From contig NC_043001.1 in NCBI RefSeq assembly GCF_006345805.1, forward strand, positions 75,392,001 to 75,456,000: a DNA stretch of 64,000 nucleotides, written 5' to 3'. Below are positions 36,395-48,638 of this stretch, in pieces. The notes below the pieces were generated by a model. It ran no database searches. It was not told where the DNA came from and saw nothing but the letters and a program-made list of their open reading frames with translations. Origin of the DNA: Octopus sinensis (Eukaryota). The translations under genes were made by a program, and so were the position numbers. The stretch's first letter is position 1. Each line of letters starts with the position of its first letter.

Positions 36395-36875
36395 TATGAT
36401 ATATATTATATATATATATATATATATGATATATATATATATTATAATGCGTTGTGTGTATGTGTGTGTGTGTGGCATGCATTGAATTCGAATTTCTCTT
36501 AACACTACGTATCAATCTATTCATATGCATTTAGCTAGCGCAAGGATAGGCTTCAGAAAAAGTCATCTCATTTAACGAGAAAATAATAAAGAGAATGACA
36601 ATACAAATAAATAGATATTATGTTTATCATTGCCTTGGGTTTACATCAAGTAGAAAGTGGAAAAAAATTAATTAATCTGCAGTCCGGTATTGAATTCAGT
36701 TACAGATTTGGTTATATTAATGAAGAGAAAATACGAAACATTTGACACAAGTTTATATATATGTATGTGTGTATATATGTATGTATGAAGGTATATATGT
36801 GTGTGTGTGTATGTAGATATATATTTGTGTGATATATATATATGTATATATATATATATATCTATATATATATAT

Positions 36876-36921
<46 letters not shown>

Positions 36922-37213
36922 ATATATCAACAATTGAGGGTAAAAAATTAATTAGTTATAATCAATTTCACCAAGTAGTGTTCAGTATGTAAAAGGACCA
37001 TTTAAGGCGAATTCAAAATATTACATTATATAATTAGGGCTTAGTAAAATAAATACTTTGCCACATACGAACTTTCTAGAGAAATAGCAGCCAAAGAATT
37101 TTTTAGCCATTTCCACTACTTTAAGAAAATTTCTCTCAGATAATGTTTACTCATAAATAACTCACGAAGGTATGGAGGTAAAAACAGAAAAATATCACAA
37201 GTACAAAGATCAT

Positions 37214-37274
37214 TTGAGAACGTTAACGTTTCTAGATTAGCCAAATAAACTCAGCATTTCTTTCGTCAGCTAAA
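37214..37274 (-). ncRNA. Type I hammerhead motif (antisense copy, one stem I mismatch)
   Basis: Reverse complement of the 37410-37470 motif, with tttag instead of ttgag. Confidence 0.55.
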
Positions 37275-37409
37275 CATTTCTTAATTTGGATTTGGAAGCA
37301 CTAAAAGGAAGAACATACCCTTCGGCGACGTATCACCTCGTTATTAATCAATTTCACCAAGTAGTGTATGTTCTTCCTTTTAGTGCTTCCAAATCCAAAT
37401 TAAGAAATG

Positions 37410-37470
37410 TTGAGCTGACGAAAGAAATGCTGAGTTTATTTGGCTAATCTAGAAACGTTAACGTTCTCAA
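37410..37470 (+). ncRNA. Type I hammerhead motif with a 10-nt palindromic stem III
   Basis: ttgag CTGACGA a aga..tct a GAA ACGTTAACGT T ctcaa. Confidence 0.65.
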
Positions 37471-38089
37471 ATGATCTTTGTACTTGTGATATTTTTCTGT
37501 TTTTACCTCCATACCTTCGTGAGTTATTTATGAGTAAACATTATCTGAGAGAAATTTTCTTAAAGTAGTGGAAATGGCTAAAAAAATTCTTTGGCTGCTA
37601 TTTCTAGAAAGTTCAGTATGTGGCAAAGTAATTTATTTTACTAAGCCCTAATTATATAATGTAATATTTTGAATTCGCCTTCAATGGTCCTTTTACATAC
37701 TGAACACTACTTGGTGAAATTGATTAATAACTAATTTATTTTTACCCTCAATTGTTGATATTATAATTCATTTCTCTCTGTTCTATTGCTTCGGTTCTCA
37801 CCGTTAAAATATATGTTTACTAGATAACCCACGTGGGTGGAAGGGGAGAGAGCAGGAATCTTCGCTTGCGCATTTTGAATTTGTTAGTACTGGCAGTCTG
37901 AGCGTGTTCATCTGAGGTGATACGTCGCCGAAGGGTATGTTCTTCCTTTTAGTGCTTCTAAATATATATATATATATAAATCGATCCAGAAAGAGATCCT
38001 CAGACACACAAACACATACACACACACACCTACACACACACAAACACACACACCCACACAAATACACACACACATACATATGGCCAGTG

Positions 38090-38213
38090 GAATTGGTGTG
38101 TGGTAAGAATTATGCTTCGCAATCACATGGTTCCGGGTTCAACTCCATTGCGGACCAGTCAAAGCCTTATCAATTGATTTGGTACAGGGAAACGAAAACT
38201 GAAAGAGGAACGT

Positions 38214-38215
<2 letters not shown>
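38090..38215 (+). mobile_element. Family D SINE head, internally deleted
   Basis: tggtaagaa..catggttccgggttcaac..gaaaactgaaaga. Confidence 0.65.
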
Positions 38216-38258
<43 letters not shown>

Positions 38259-39157
38259 CAATAATAAATCTCTGAGCGAGATATGATATATATATATATA
38301 AATATATATATATGTATATGCCTCTGTGTGCGTGTGTGTGTGTGTGTGTGTGTATGTATCTGTGTGTGAGTGTGTTTGTCTGTCTCTATGTCCTTACCTC
38401 CACCCCGCCATTGCTGGACAACTGGTGCAGGTATTTTTATGTCACCATAACTTAGACGTTCGGAGAAAGATCCGATAAAATAATTAATTTAGAGCTTAAG
38501 ACAATAGATAAGTATTAGGGTAGATGTATTCGAATGAAAATTCTTTAATGAATCTGTCCAGTGTTTCTCCCTGTCGGATTCAATGTTGTAGACAGTGTTA
38601 TAGCTAAAGAAATTTTATAAAATCTGCCCAGAATTACCTCTCATCGGTAAATCCCATTGATAACAGCTAAAAAGCTAGAAACACTGCGTCAGGGAATCCG
38701 AAAGGGGATAGCAACGGGCAGCTATGGCATGGTGTTTTTACACCTTTACCATAAGAGAGAATATGTGTGTGTGTGTGTGTGTGTGTGTGCGCGTGTGCGT
38801 GTGTATGCTGTTCTGACTAGTTGTATGTAGGTATCAAGAAGAACTGCCAAGGAAATCTCAGTATATCTAGTGGGATATTTTTGTACACCAATCACTCGAA
38901 GTGAGACAGCCTGCACTGATGCACAATTGCCAATGGGACAGATGCAGGGTGTGTCGAAACGATCGTCGTGCTGAATAAAGATTCGTACTAAACCCATCTT
39001 CCGTTTCCTTTATCAACTATAAAGTCAACAACACCGGGGCTTTTCCGACATAGATCCACTGCAAATTATACCGTAATTATGGATGGTGTCAGGTAGCCAA
39101 AACGGTTTTAAGTGCTTGAATTGATATACTAATAGACATTAACCCAATGTCCAAATT

Positions 39158-39195
<38 letters not shown>

Positions 39196-39212
39196 TATAT
39201 ATTATATATATA

Positions 39213-39254
<42 letters not shown>

Positions 39255-39759
39255 ATACATATACATACATACAGAACATACATACATATATGTATGTGTA
39301 TGTGCGCGTGTGTGTGTATTTGTGTGTGCAGTAAGAAAGAAAGACAACGATTGTGAAATATAATTTATTTCCTGACAAATATAATTTATTTCTCTTGTAA
39401 TAGCTCTAGATTCGAAGTTCTACCGGAAAACCTGTGTCTAAAACACAGGAAAATATAAATGTTGTAAGCATGAGGAGTAATTTTGAAGTTATATATTATT
39501 TCATTTATATGTAAACGTTGTAGTAGTAGTTTTAGATTAAAAGTCAAAATAATGTCTATTGTAAAATTGCTTATGTATGTAATTTTTGGGTTGATCTTTG
39601 TCAAAATTTCAATGGCGTATTGTTTCTTAGTACAATATATTCACAGTCAATATATATTTTCTAATCGCACACACACACACACTAATATATGTATATGTAT
39701 ATACATATGTATATTTGTATTATATATATATATAATATTATATATATATATATATATAT

Positions 39760-39825
<66 letters not shown>

Positions 39826-39830
39826 TATAC

Positions 39831-39861
<31 letters not shown>

Positions 39862-39899
39862 TGATCAAAATAAAATAAAAACATGATGCGAAGGATTCA

Positions 39900-39978
39900 G
39901 CGGTACATATTGTTTCGGGCCTTTATTAGACAGATTTATAACAATGCATAATGTATGTCTGTGGCCTTCTTCAGCCGC
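39900..39978 (-). ncRNA. Type I hammerhead motif with an extended stem II
   Basis: gcgg CTGAAGA aggcc..(agaca/tgtct)..ggccc GAA ACA ata TGT A ccgc. Confidence 0.7.
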
Positions 39979-40174
39979 GCACAACAGCTTCCACAAGGAC
40001 ATGTGTTACATCAAAAATTCTTGGTTGGGGATGCAAATCCTCTCATTCACGTACGACATAATGCGGCAGCAGCATAGAATTGAAGCGTCCATCTCTTTCT
40101 TCTCTCAATGTAATATATCTCAATATATATATATATATTATATATATATAGATATATATATATATATATATAAT

Positions 40175-40218
<44 letters not shown>

Positions 40219-41240
40219 CACGTATATATATTTAAGTATGTGTATGTGTGTTTGTGCCCATAGATTTGCATATATGTATCTATATGATTGATAATTAGCT
40301 TTCGGTGAGAGTGCAGCTGAATATTTTAATATATTTCATTCTAGGCTATGTACATAATTGATTTCATCCTATAACATTGCATACATATTTTCTTACAGTA
40401 AATGGTACAATGATAAATGAATGTTTACTTCCATTACATGATAAGTTATATCTTCTTACTTTGTTAATAGCATGATAGAAGAACATATGAGTTTTAGAAG
40501 CAATAAACCATCTAAGATAAACTTAGGAACATTGTTAATAATATGAATATTTTTTACCAAAATATACTGTGCTGATAGATGGTAATCACTTGTTTTTTAA
40601 AAAATAAGAAAATCAATAATATAATATTTCGATTATTACATTGAGCGCGATGAATAGATTTCTCTGAAACTAGTAGATGTTGAGGGAAATCATTGCTAAT
40701 TAATTGGAATCAGCAACACTATCTAGGGAAAAAACGGGCACATTTGTATCGACAACAGAGTTTTAACTTGAGTACAACAATCACTTATCAGCTGCAATAC
40801 TACTATATGTTAAACGTAGCAGACACAAAAGATGATTGGACTTGGCAGAAATCAATATTATGGTTCTATACAATGGAATAAGCCTTCATTAGCGTAAACA
40901 TTTATATATGTGGTTCTAAACAAACCAAGTTTTGATTTGCGTTTGTTTAGTGCCCGTCAAATGTTATAATGACACATGCTTTTGCCACACTATTAACGAT
41001 TTCTGAATCTTTGAGGACCTTGTGCCTAGAGTAGAAAAGGATCTCTGAAACTTTCAAGCTATCAGTGCCGCTGCTTCTATATACAAAAAAAAATGCTATA
41101 TTTAAAAAATGATTATACTTCTCGTGTTCACCATTATATACAGTACATAAATGCATACATAAACAAACACACACACGCAGAAAGAAGCGAGTGCAGGCAC
41201 ACGTGTATATTATATAGTATATATATATATAATATATATA

Positions 41241-41272
<32 letters not shown>

Positions 41273-41274
<2 letters not shown>

Positions 41275-41732
41275 TCTTTTATTCTTTTATTTCTTTCAGT
41301 CTTTGACTGTAGCCATGTGGGAGAACCACCTTTTAGTCGCACAAATGGATCCCAGGACTTAGTCTTTGTAAGCGTAGTACTTATCCTATCGTTCTCTTTT
41401 GCCGAACCACTAAGTTACGTGAAGATAAACACACCAGCATCGGTTGTCAAGCGGTGGTGTGTGACAAACACAGACACACAAACACTCCCCACACACATAT
41501 ATGTATGGGTTTGTGTGTCTGTGTTTGTCCCCCACCATCGCTTGACAACTGATGCTGGTGTGTTTACGTCACGGTATATACATATATAGATACGACGGGC
41601 TTCTTTCAGTTTCCGTCTACCAAATCCACTCACAAGGCTTTGGTAGGCCCGAGGCTATAGTACAAGACCTTATCCAGAGTGTCACGCAGTAGGACTGAAC
41701 CCGGAACCATGTGGTTAGGAAGCAAGTTTCTT
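41273..41732 (-). mobile_element. Family D SINE with an internal duplication
   Basis: The family D core; acaccagcatcggttgtcaagc is present in both orientations around 41430-41560. Confidence 0.8.
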
Positions 41733-41739
41733 TATTTCA

Positions 41740-42870
41740 TTATATTGGCCATAAGGACTTAGACAGAGAAAGGAGGCTGCGGGCTGGACGTAGACATAAT
41801 GTTATATGAAATGAAAATGAAAACGATGTTTAATGGGAAAAAAACGACGCCCGCCGATCGATTTTTTCACGAGAACATTGATCTCTTGAATATTGTTCAT
41901 GAGGCAACAAACCTCTACGCTGTTCACAATATTTAATAACAAAATTCGATAACAAAATGAGGCGCTAAGCCTCTTACTTTTCTTTCCAAACTCGGAACTT
42001 TCAATAACAATGAGGCTTTCCAATCTCTTATCAATATTCCTCCTCAAAATCGCCAGTGCCCGCATACTCCGCCATCACCCACGCTTCATTCAAGATCAAA
42101 GCGGGTGCCGTGTCGGCGTCGCCCGGGTGCAAGTGATATTCCTCATTGAGTCCCTTCAGCCTATTCATCACGGGCAACGTTATGACTTCCACAGCTATCT
42201 GTGGAGGCCATTCGGGATCCTGTGTGCAGTCTAAAGCTGCTCCCTTATGATGCTTTTCCACCATCTTTTCTACCTCTCCGCCTCTATAGAAGAAAACCAG
42301 TAATTCGTCGCCATCCGGGGGCGGGATATCCAATTCTACCTTCGGTGGCACATTTCCCACCAACAGTGTCTCTTCCCCTGCCGGTGGCACCACTCCAACC
42401 AACGAGGTTCCGGGACATTCAAGTACTATGTCACTGACTACCGGCAATGACCCGTTTCTCTTCCTCTTCCTCTTTTTTTTCTTTTCAACTGAGGGAGGGT
42501 TCGTCTCCTCTGTGACCAGGAGATTCGCCTTCCTTTCCTCATCCCTAGGATTCTTCGGTGAGCACCCATTGTTGCTCACCTTTTTCCCCTGGCGGCCCTT
42601 ACTTGAGGAGTCCACCGCCTCCTCGGCCGCCTTCATTCCCTCTTCTACAGAGGTCTCAATCAACTGCTCCAGGACCTAACTTTGTTCCTGGGCAAGTTTT
42701 TCTTTATATGGCCAGACTCCAGGCACCGATGACACCTAGGGGGCGACCCTCAAGAATCACCGGGTACCTGCACCCGGCCATTAAAAAAAAAATCTGGAAA
42801 AAAACAGATTGGCTGATTGGGTTCAAAGGGTCAAAACAGCTTTTGACCCAACTCAACGAGCCGCAGGGTA
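41740..42870 (-). pseudogene. ORF1 remnant of an L1/Tx1-like LINE (CCHC zinc knuckle followed by an acidic/basic low-complexity region)
   Basis: RYPVILEGRP-CHRCLESGHIKKN(C)P at ~42690-42775 after one indel; 210-aa ORF 42031-42663; GC-rich relative to flanks. Confidence 0.65.
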
Positions 42871-42890
42871 TGTCTATATATAAATATCTA

Positions 42891-43455
42891 TATAAAACTT
42901 AGTTGGAAAAGGATGCGTGGCGTTCGATCATATAATAATATAAATAATATATAAATATATGCATATATACATACATATATGTACACACCTACATATATAT
43001 GTATATATACATGCATATATGGGTACAGGACAAAAAAAACGTTGAACACAATGAGAAACGAAAGCATAAAAACAAAAACATAGAAAACGAACTTTTTTCG
43101 AACGACGAAAAAAAAAAAGAGAACCGGGACATGCAACATAAAGAACCGAGATGCAGAGTAGATGAAACAGGGGCAACTGATGAAAGGAATATTCTTTATG
43201 CTGCATGTCTCGGTTCCCTGTCTTTTTCTTTTTTTCGTTGTTCTAAAAATAGTTCGTTTCTATGTTTTTGCTTTTATGCTTTCGTTTCTCATTGTGTCTA
43301 TGCTTTTTGGTGTCCTGTACCCTTACATGCATGTATATATACATATATATGTAGGTATGTACATATATGTATGTATATATGCATATATTTATATATTATT
43401 TATATATTATTATATGATCGAACGCCACGCATCCTTTTTCCAAGTAAGTTTTATA
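42891..43455. repeat. Fold-back repeat, ~255-bp arms, 46-nt spacer
   Basis: tataaaactt..ggaaaaggatgcgtggcgttcgatca mirrored at 43415-43455; shares gcatatatgggtacaggac with the 32.8/34.1-kb repeats. Confidence 0.9.
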
Positions 43456-43494
43456 TACATACATATGTATATATATATATACACACACACAACA

Positions 43495-43537
<43 letters not shown>

Positions 43538-43604
43538 TATATATATATATATATATAATATATAATTATTTTTTTATATATATATATATATATACCCACA
43601 CACA

Positions 43605-43645
<41 letters not shown>

Positions 43646-44784
43646 CAAAGTATATATGAAGCACTTTCAAGTATCAAATTAGTCTACAAGTATCTTGAAA
43701 AAACTCAAAACATGCTTTATAATAGTGCCACCTATTAAAGATCGATGTGTTTTGCTTGAACACAAATTTCTAATTCTTTTAATTTAGTTCCAATTCTTCT
43801 CAAATTTGGTGTACCGATATAGTTTTGTACGCTAATTATGGAAAGGAAGTTCTTTTAAGTCATAAATTAATAAATAAAAAAAGTTTTTGTTAACTTTTAA
43901 AGTTTGCAAATTTTGCAAATTTACCAAACAAGCTGAAAAGTGTAACTACTAGTTACCATAGTAACAAACAGCAACAGTTTTCGCCTCTGTGTCTTTTGGG
44001 AATGGGAACATGTGGTAGTGGTGATGGTTGTATGAGTCTTATCAAATACATAGAACATAACAAACACAAACATCATAAACGTGCACATATACTCACTCTC
44101 ATACACAACAAGTACACACACGCACTCATACAGAGATATACACATCATATACATACATCACGCGCACACATAATGACACATAGTAACACATACACGGAAA
44201 CACTTTAACACAGATACGCAGGTACACATACATAACACGCACACATAGTGACACGTAGATATATACATGGACACACTCTGACATACATACGAAGTTACAC
44301 ACATATTATACATGTATTTTCGTTGCCTATGTTTTTTTTTTAACATTTGCTATTTTCCTGCCTCGTGTATACATTTTACCTGTTCGTAATGTTTTCCTTT
44401 AATTTTGAAATGCCTCGTTAAAATTCGTTTAATCTTTATCGGTTCATACTATTATCCCTCGCTCAATTTTCATTCTCAGTAGGAATTGCTATTTTGACAG
44501 ATGCTGTTTCCTGATTTGCTAAAAATGATCAAACTTTAAACCCTGTTACAATTTTCTAAATTTTTTCTGGAAAAAGTGATTAAAGCAAACTGTTTTCAGT
44601 ACGGAAAATTACATCAGTATATCAAATGAGAAAACTATTACTTAATTTGAAAAAAAAATTTTTTAATCTGTTTTTCAAACGGAATAAGTTCAAATCAGGA
44701 AGAAGATAATTCTTTACATGCGCCAAGCCAATCTGATATGTAAAATTAAGGATTCTCTGTGTATTATCTTGTCAGATCAAAACT

Positions 44785-47052
44785 ATGGCTTCATCGACCT
44801 CGACTAAAAAAAAGTGTAGGCAATATAGTGTTGACTGCCTCAAGTATGGATTTATTGCTGCTCCACACAACCAACAACAACCAATGTGAAGGCCCAATGG
44901 CCCAGTGGTTAGGGCAGCGGACTCGAGGTCGTAAGAACACGGTTTCGATTCCCAGAGCAGGCATTGTGAGTGTTTATTGAGCAAAAACACCTAAGCTCCA
45001 CGAGGCTTCGGCAGGTGGGGGATTTGAACCCCGCTGTACTCTTTCACCAAAACTTTTTCTCACTCTTTCTTCCTACTTCTATCACAAAGCAGAGGAACCA
45101 TGGTGTAGTAAACTTTCACACCCTAGTCTAGATTGCAAGTCCTCTGTACCCCAGGATGGTTCAGCTATCCACTCGTTAAAAGCCACCGTTTACAGAATGA
45201 AGATAACAACGAAGCTTTCGCGCCCATGCAACCGCCAGTCTATCGCGTGTGGTGGGTGGATCTTCAAGTTGCCACACGCATTCTTAGTAGCTTAGAGTAG
45301 GCTCGAATTAGAGATTATTCTTTGTGGCTAATGGCGTGAGTCCTGATTGGAAGAAGAAGAAGAAGAAGAGGAGGAGGAGGAGGAGGAGGAAGAAGAAGAA
45401 GACAACAACCACTTTGTCTACTCCGTGAAAAGACTTTTACAAATGAAGTGAGGAAACCATCAAAGCTTCAAGAACACTTAAATAAAATGCATCCTGATGG
45501 AGCAGAAAAATATTTGAATTATTTTCAAACCTTAAACATAATTTTCACATGAGAGAAACAATAGGAAGTTTTTTTCTCCAGTTCATCCAGTCAGTCTAGT
45601 GATGCTTTGCGCGCTTCTTATATCATATCACTTCTCATTGCGAAGTCCGGGAAACCTACACAATAGGGGAACAGTTAATCTTGCCAGCTGTAAAAAAAAG
45701 TCTTGAAGACGGTCATACACAAAGCACCAGAGCCAATTATCAAAGGTATTCCTCTGAATAATAGCTCTGTCCAGAGGAGAGTTGATGAAATGGCAGAAGA
45801 CGTCGAAGACCAACTCTGCACAATTCTAAAGAAAACAGAATTCAGCTTGCAGTTGGACGAGTCTACTTTGCCAGGTAATGATTCCCTCCTCCTCGCATGT
45901 GTTCGTTTTGTAAAAGAGGAAAGTTTATGCCAAGAACTGCTCTTTGCCAGACTATTGGAAACTAATACCGAGGGTGAATCCATTTTCAAAGTGGTCAAGA
46001 GCTTTGTTGACAAAAAGAACAATGGTGCACCATCGATGACTGGCTGTCATCGCGGCTCCAACAGTTACCTAAAACTTAGTCTACCTGATGCCTTCACGAT
46101 GCACTGCGTGATTCACCGACATCTTGTTGCACGAAACCTCAGTAATCGTCTTCACAATTCCTTAAATGCGGTCATCACTGCCGTGAATAAAATCACATCA
46201 CATGCTCTGAACTCTCGCCTGTTTTAACAGCTTTGCATTGAAAGCGACGAAGACTTTCAAAACTTGCTGCTCCATACAGAGGTGAAGTGGTTATCATGGG
46301 GAATATATCACTTTTATGCTTTGCTTGATGCAGTAACGGAGTTCTTTGATACCGCCATCCCAGAGCTTAGTGTGAGGCTTAAAAGTATAGAGATAGATAT
46401 TGCATACCTGTCTGACTTATTCACTAAATTCAACGAAGTGAATTCAGCAGCTGCAAGGAGATACTGCTAATCTCATTCAAGTCAAGTCAACCATCTGAGC
46501 ATTTCAAAGGAAACTAGTTATGTATAAGCGCAATATTGGACGCAGGGAGTTTTTACAGTTTCCTTGCTTGTCTGGCTTTGTAAAGGACGGAAAACTTGCA
46601 GACGAGAATCTGCTTGTCTTCTACTCCTATCTCACTGAACTGCACGAAGATATAGTGCGTCGATTTCATGATCTACTTGCTCTTCGAGATCCTGATTAGA
46701 TTGTTAACCCCTTCATTGACATCGGTGAAGAAGAGAATGTAGAGTTAGAAGAGGAGCTGGTAACTCTTTAAAATTATATTGAATTGAAGCCTAAATTTCG
46801 CAATTGCTATCAAGAATTTTGGCTTCAAAAGGCTATCCGTGACCGCTATCCGGAGCTTTGGAAGAAAGTCAAATTGTTTTTCCTTGCCTTTCCAACATCT
46901 TATTAGGTTGAGAGAGGATTCAGCGCGGTCACACGCCTTCTTACGAAGCAGCGGTGCAAGCTTCGAATTACGGAGCGTGGTGGTCTCACTCTTACTCTTA
47001 GCACAATTCAGCCTAAGGTTGAGAGGCTACTTTCACTTCACCTTCCCATTGA
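44785..47052 (+). pseudogene. Buster/Charlie-type hAT transposase pseudogene, interrupted by a SINE
   Basis: MASSTSTKKKCRQYSVDCLKYGF; BED finger ..KPSKLQEHLNKMH; FSLQLDEST; HCVIHRH; HTEVKWLS; dimerisation motif FPTSY.VERGFSAV. Multiple stops; TIRs not found. Confidence 0.88.
44889..45401 (+). mobile_element. Family A SINE head with a different 3' body ending in a (GAA)/(GAG) tail
   Basis: Head matches 1295-1581; flanked by a 15-bp duplication at 44874-44888 and 45402-45416 (13/15 identical). Confidence 0.75.
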
Positions 47053-47439
47053 ACCCCTCCCTAAAAATATACCTTGATGGGCTATTTTAGTGGGATAGTA
47101 TTATGGCTTTAGTCTTTCATCTCTTTTCTGCTAGCAACATACACTTTTTCAATGTACGAACTTTGTGACATTTATACGAACAAACTCTTGTTATTGGTGC
47201 CAAATTCCTTTCGTACAGGACTTATAACATTGTCTTTTTTATACATTCCTTTGTTGCATGCATTTCTTTTCTTTTGTGGGAGACACTTGTACCATTAACT
47301 CTGCTCCACTACAAGTAATCAAGACCTGCACTTGCAACCACTTATTGACCGCTGTATTTTGTGATTTCTATTTCATGTACAGTTATTCATAGTTTTTTTA
47401 GAGGTCATAAATTACACGCTAACACTACGGAAACTACCT

Positions 47440-48420
47440 TTCCAGTATGCTACTGACACTTGCTCTCAATTTGTTCTTTACTTTATTTGTATTACTATAT
47501 TGCTTTCCTTTTTTTCTAACACCTCATCGGCTTGCCACGGGATGATATGGTAATGTATCAAAGCGAGTTAACTATCTTCCTTCACATACTGTTTGTATTT
47601 ACAAAGTGGAATGCTCAGTTTACCGAAACACTATCGCTTTACATGTGTGAAGCACATTGCTGAACGTTGCGGCTAAAGGTTCTTTTGCGAAAGAAAAACA
47701 ACAAGATCTGCTTCTGCTGTACCTTGAAGAGAGAAGAATTGTGACTAAAGTGTAATTAATGTCGAACCATCAGAATATCTCGGAAAATCTTTGTTCAACA
47801 GCCAAATGCTTTTGAACACATTTCTCTCTCATATTCCCAAAGAAAAAGATTATTTCTTCTCTGTAAAAATTCAATTAATTCATTGGAAGTTTTATATTAT
47901 GATATTTCAACACAGATCACGATATATTATCTGCTTACACCAAAATGCCTTTCTTTGACACACTTAGCCATATCTGCTATACTTCCACTATAACCGGCAG
48001 TGGCGATAGAATTCTCTACGCCACCACTATCTCCAGCAACGCCACCACAAACGGCCCCAGCTCCAACAACAACAATATCGGCCATAGCAGCAGCAACAAC
48101 AACGGCAGCAACAATGGCAGCAAAGCAACAACGTGTGCAGCACCGACAACACGCGTAGTGGCGATAAAATTACCGACGCTACCACCACCTCCAGCGACGC
48201 CAACACAAGCAGCCCTTGCTCCAACAACAGCATCGGCGACAGCAGCAACAATAAAAACAGCGGCAACACTCGCCCACGGAAATATATTGGGTGTACTGGG
48301 ATTTCTCTCAAGCAACGTCTCTTCAACCATAAGTCCTTCAGAGTTCCGGAAAGGAGATATGTAACATTGCTGGCCAGTCACGTCTGAGAACTAAGAGACG
48401 ACGGGGTCCCATACTTGATC
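47440..48420 (+). pseudogene. Penelope-like element remnant (linker plus GIY-YIG endonuclease)
   Basis: RKYIGCTGISLKQRLFNHKSF..TLLASHV.EL at 48280-48400; upstream degenerate linker with a trinucleotide-like expansion. Confidence 0.7.
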
Positions 48421-48462
48421 TCATTGATAATCCTCGAGATTCCAGGCTCCTACATCCTCATC

Positions 48463-48638
<176 letters not shown>

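Larger units (their letters stand above)
36924..37965. mobile_element. Penelope-like inverted plus partial tandem repeat (arms ~36924-37319 and 37366-37763; unit restart near 37915)
   Basis: ~395-bp arms nearly identical by eye; gtatgttcttccttttagtgcttc recurs at 37366 and 37935. Confidence 0.85.

Noticed and set aside
41740-42060. Idea that the L1/Tx1-like piece is an ORF1-only element ending at a poly(A) signal
   Set aside because: The AATAAA abuts a SINE insertion and a possible ORF2 start precedes it, so truncation is the simpler explanation.
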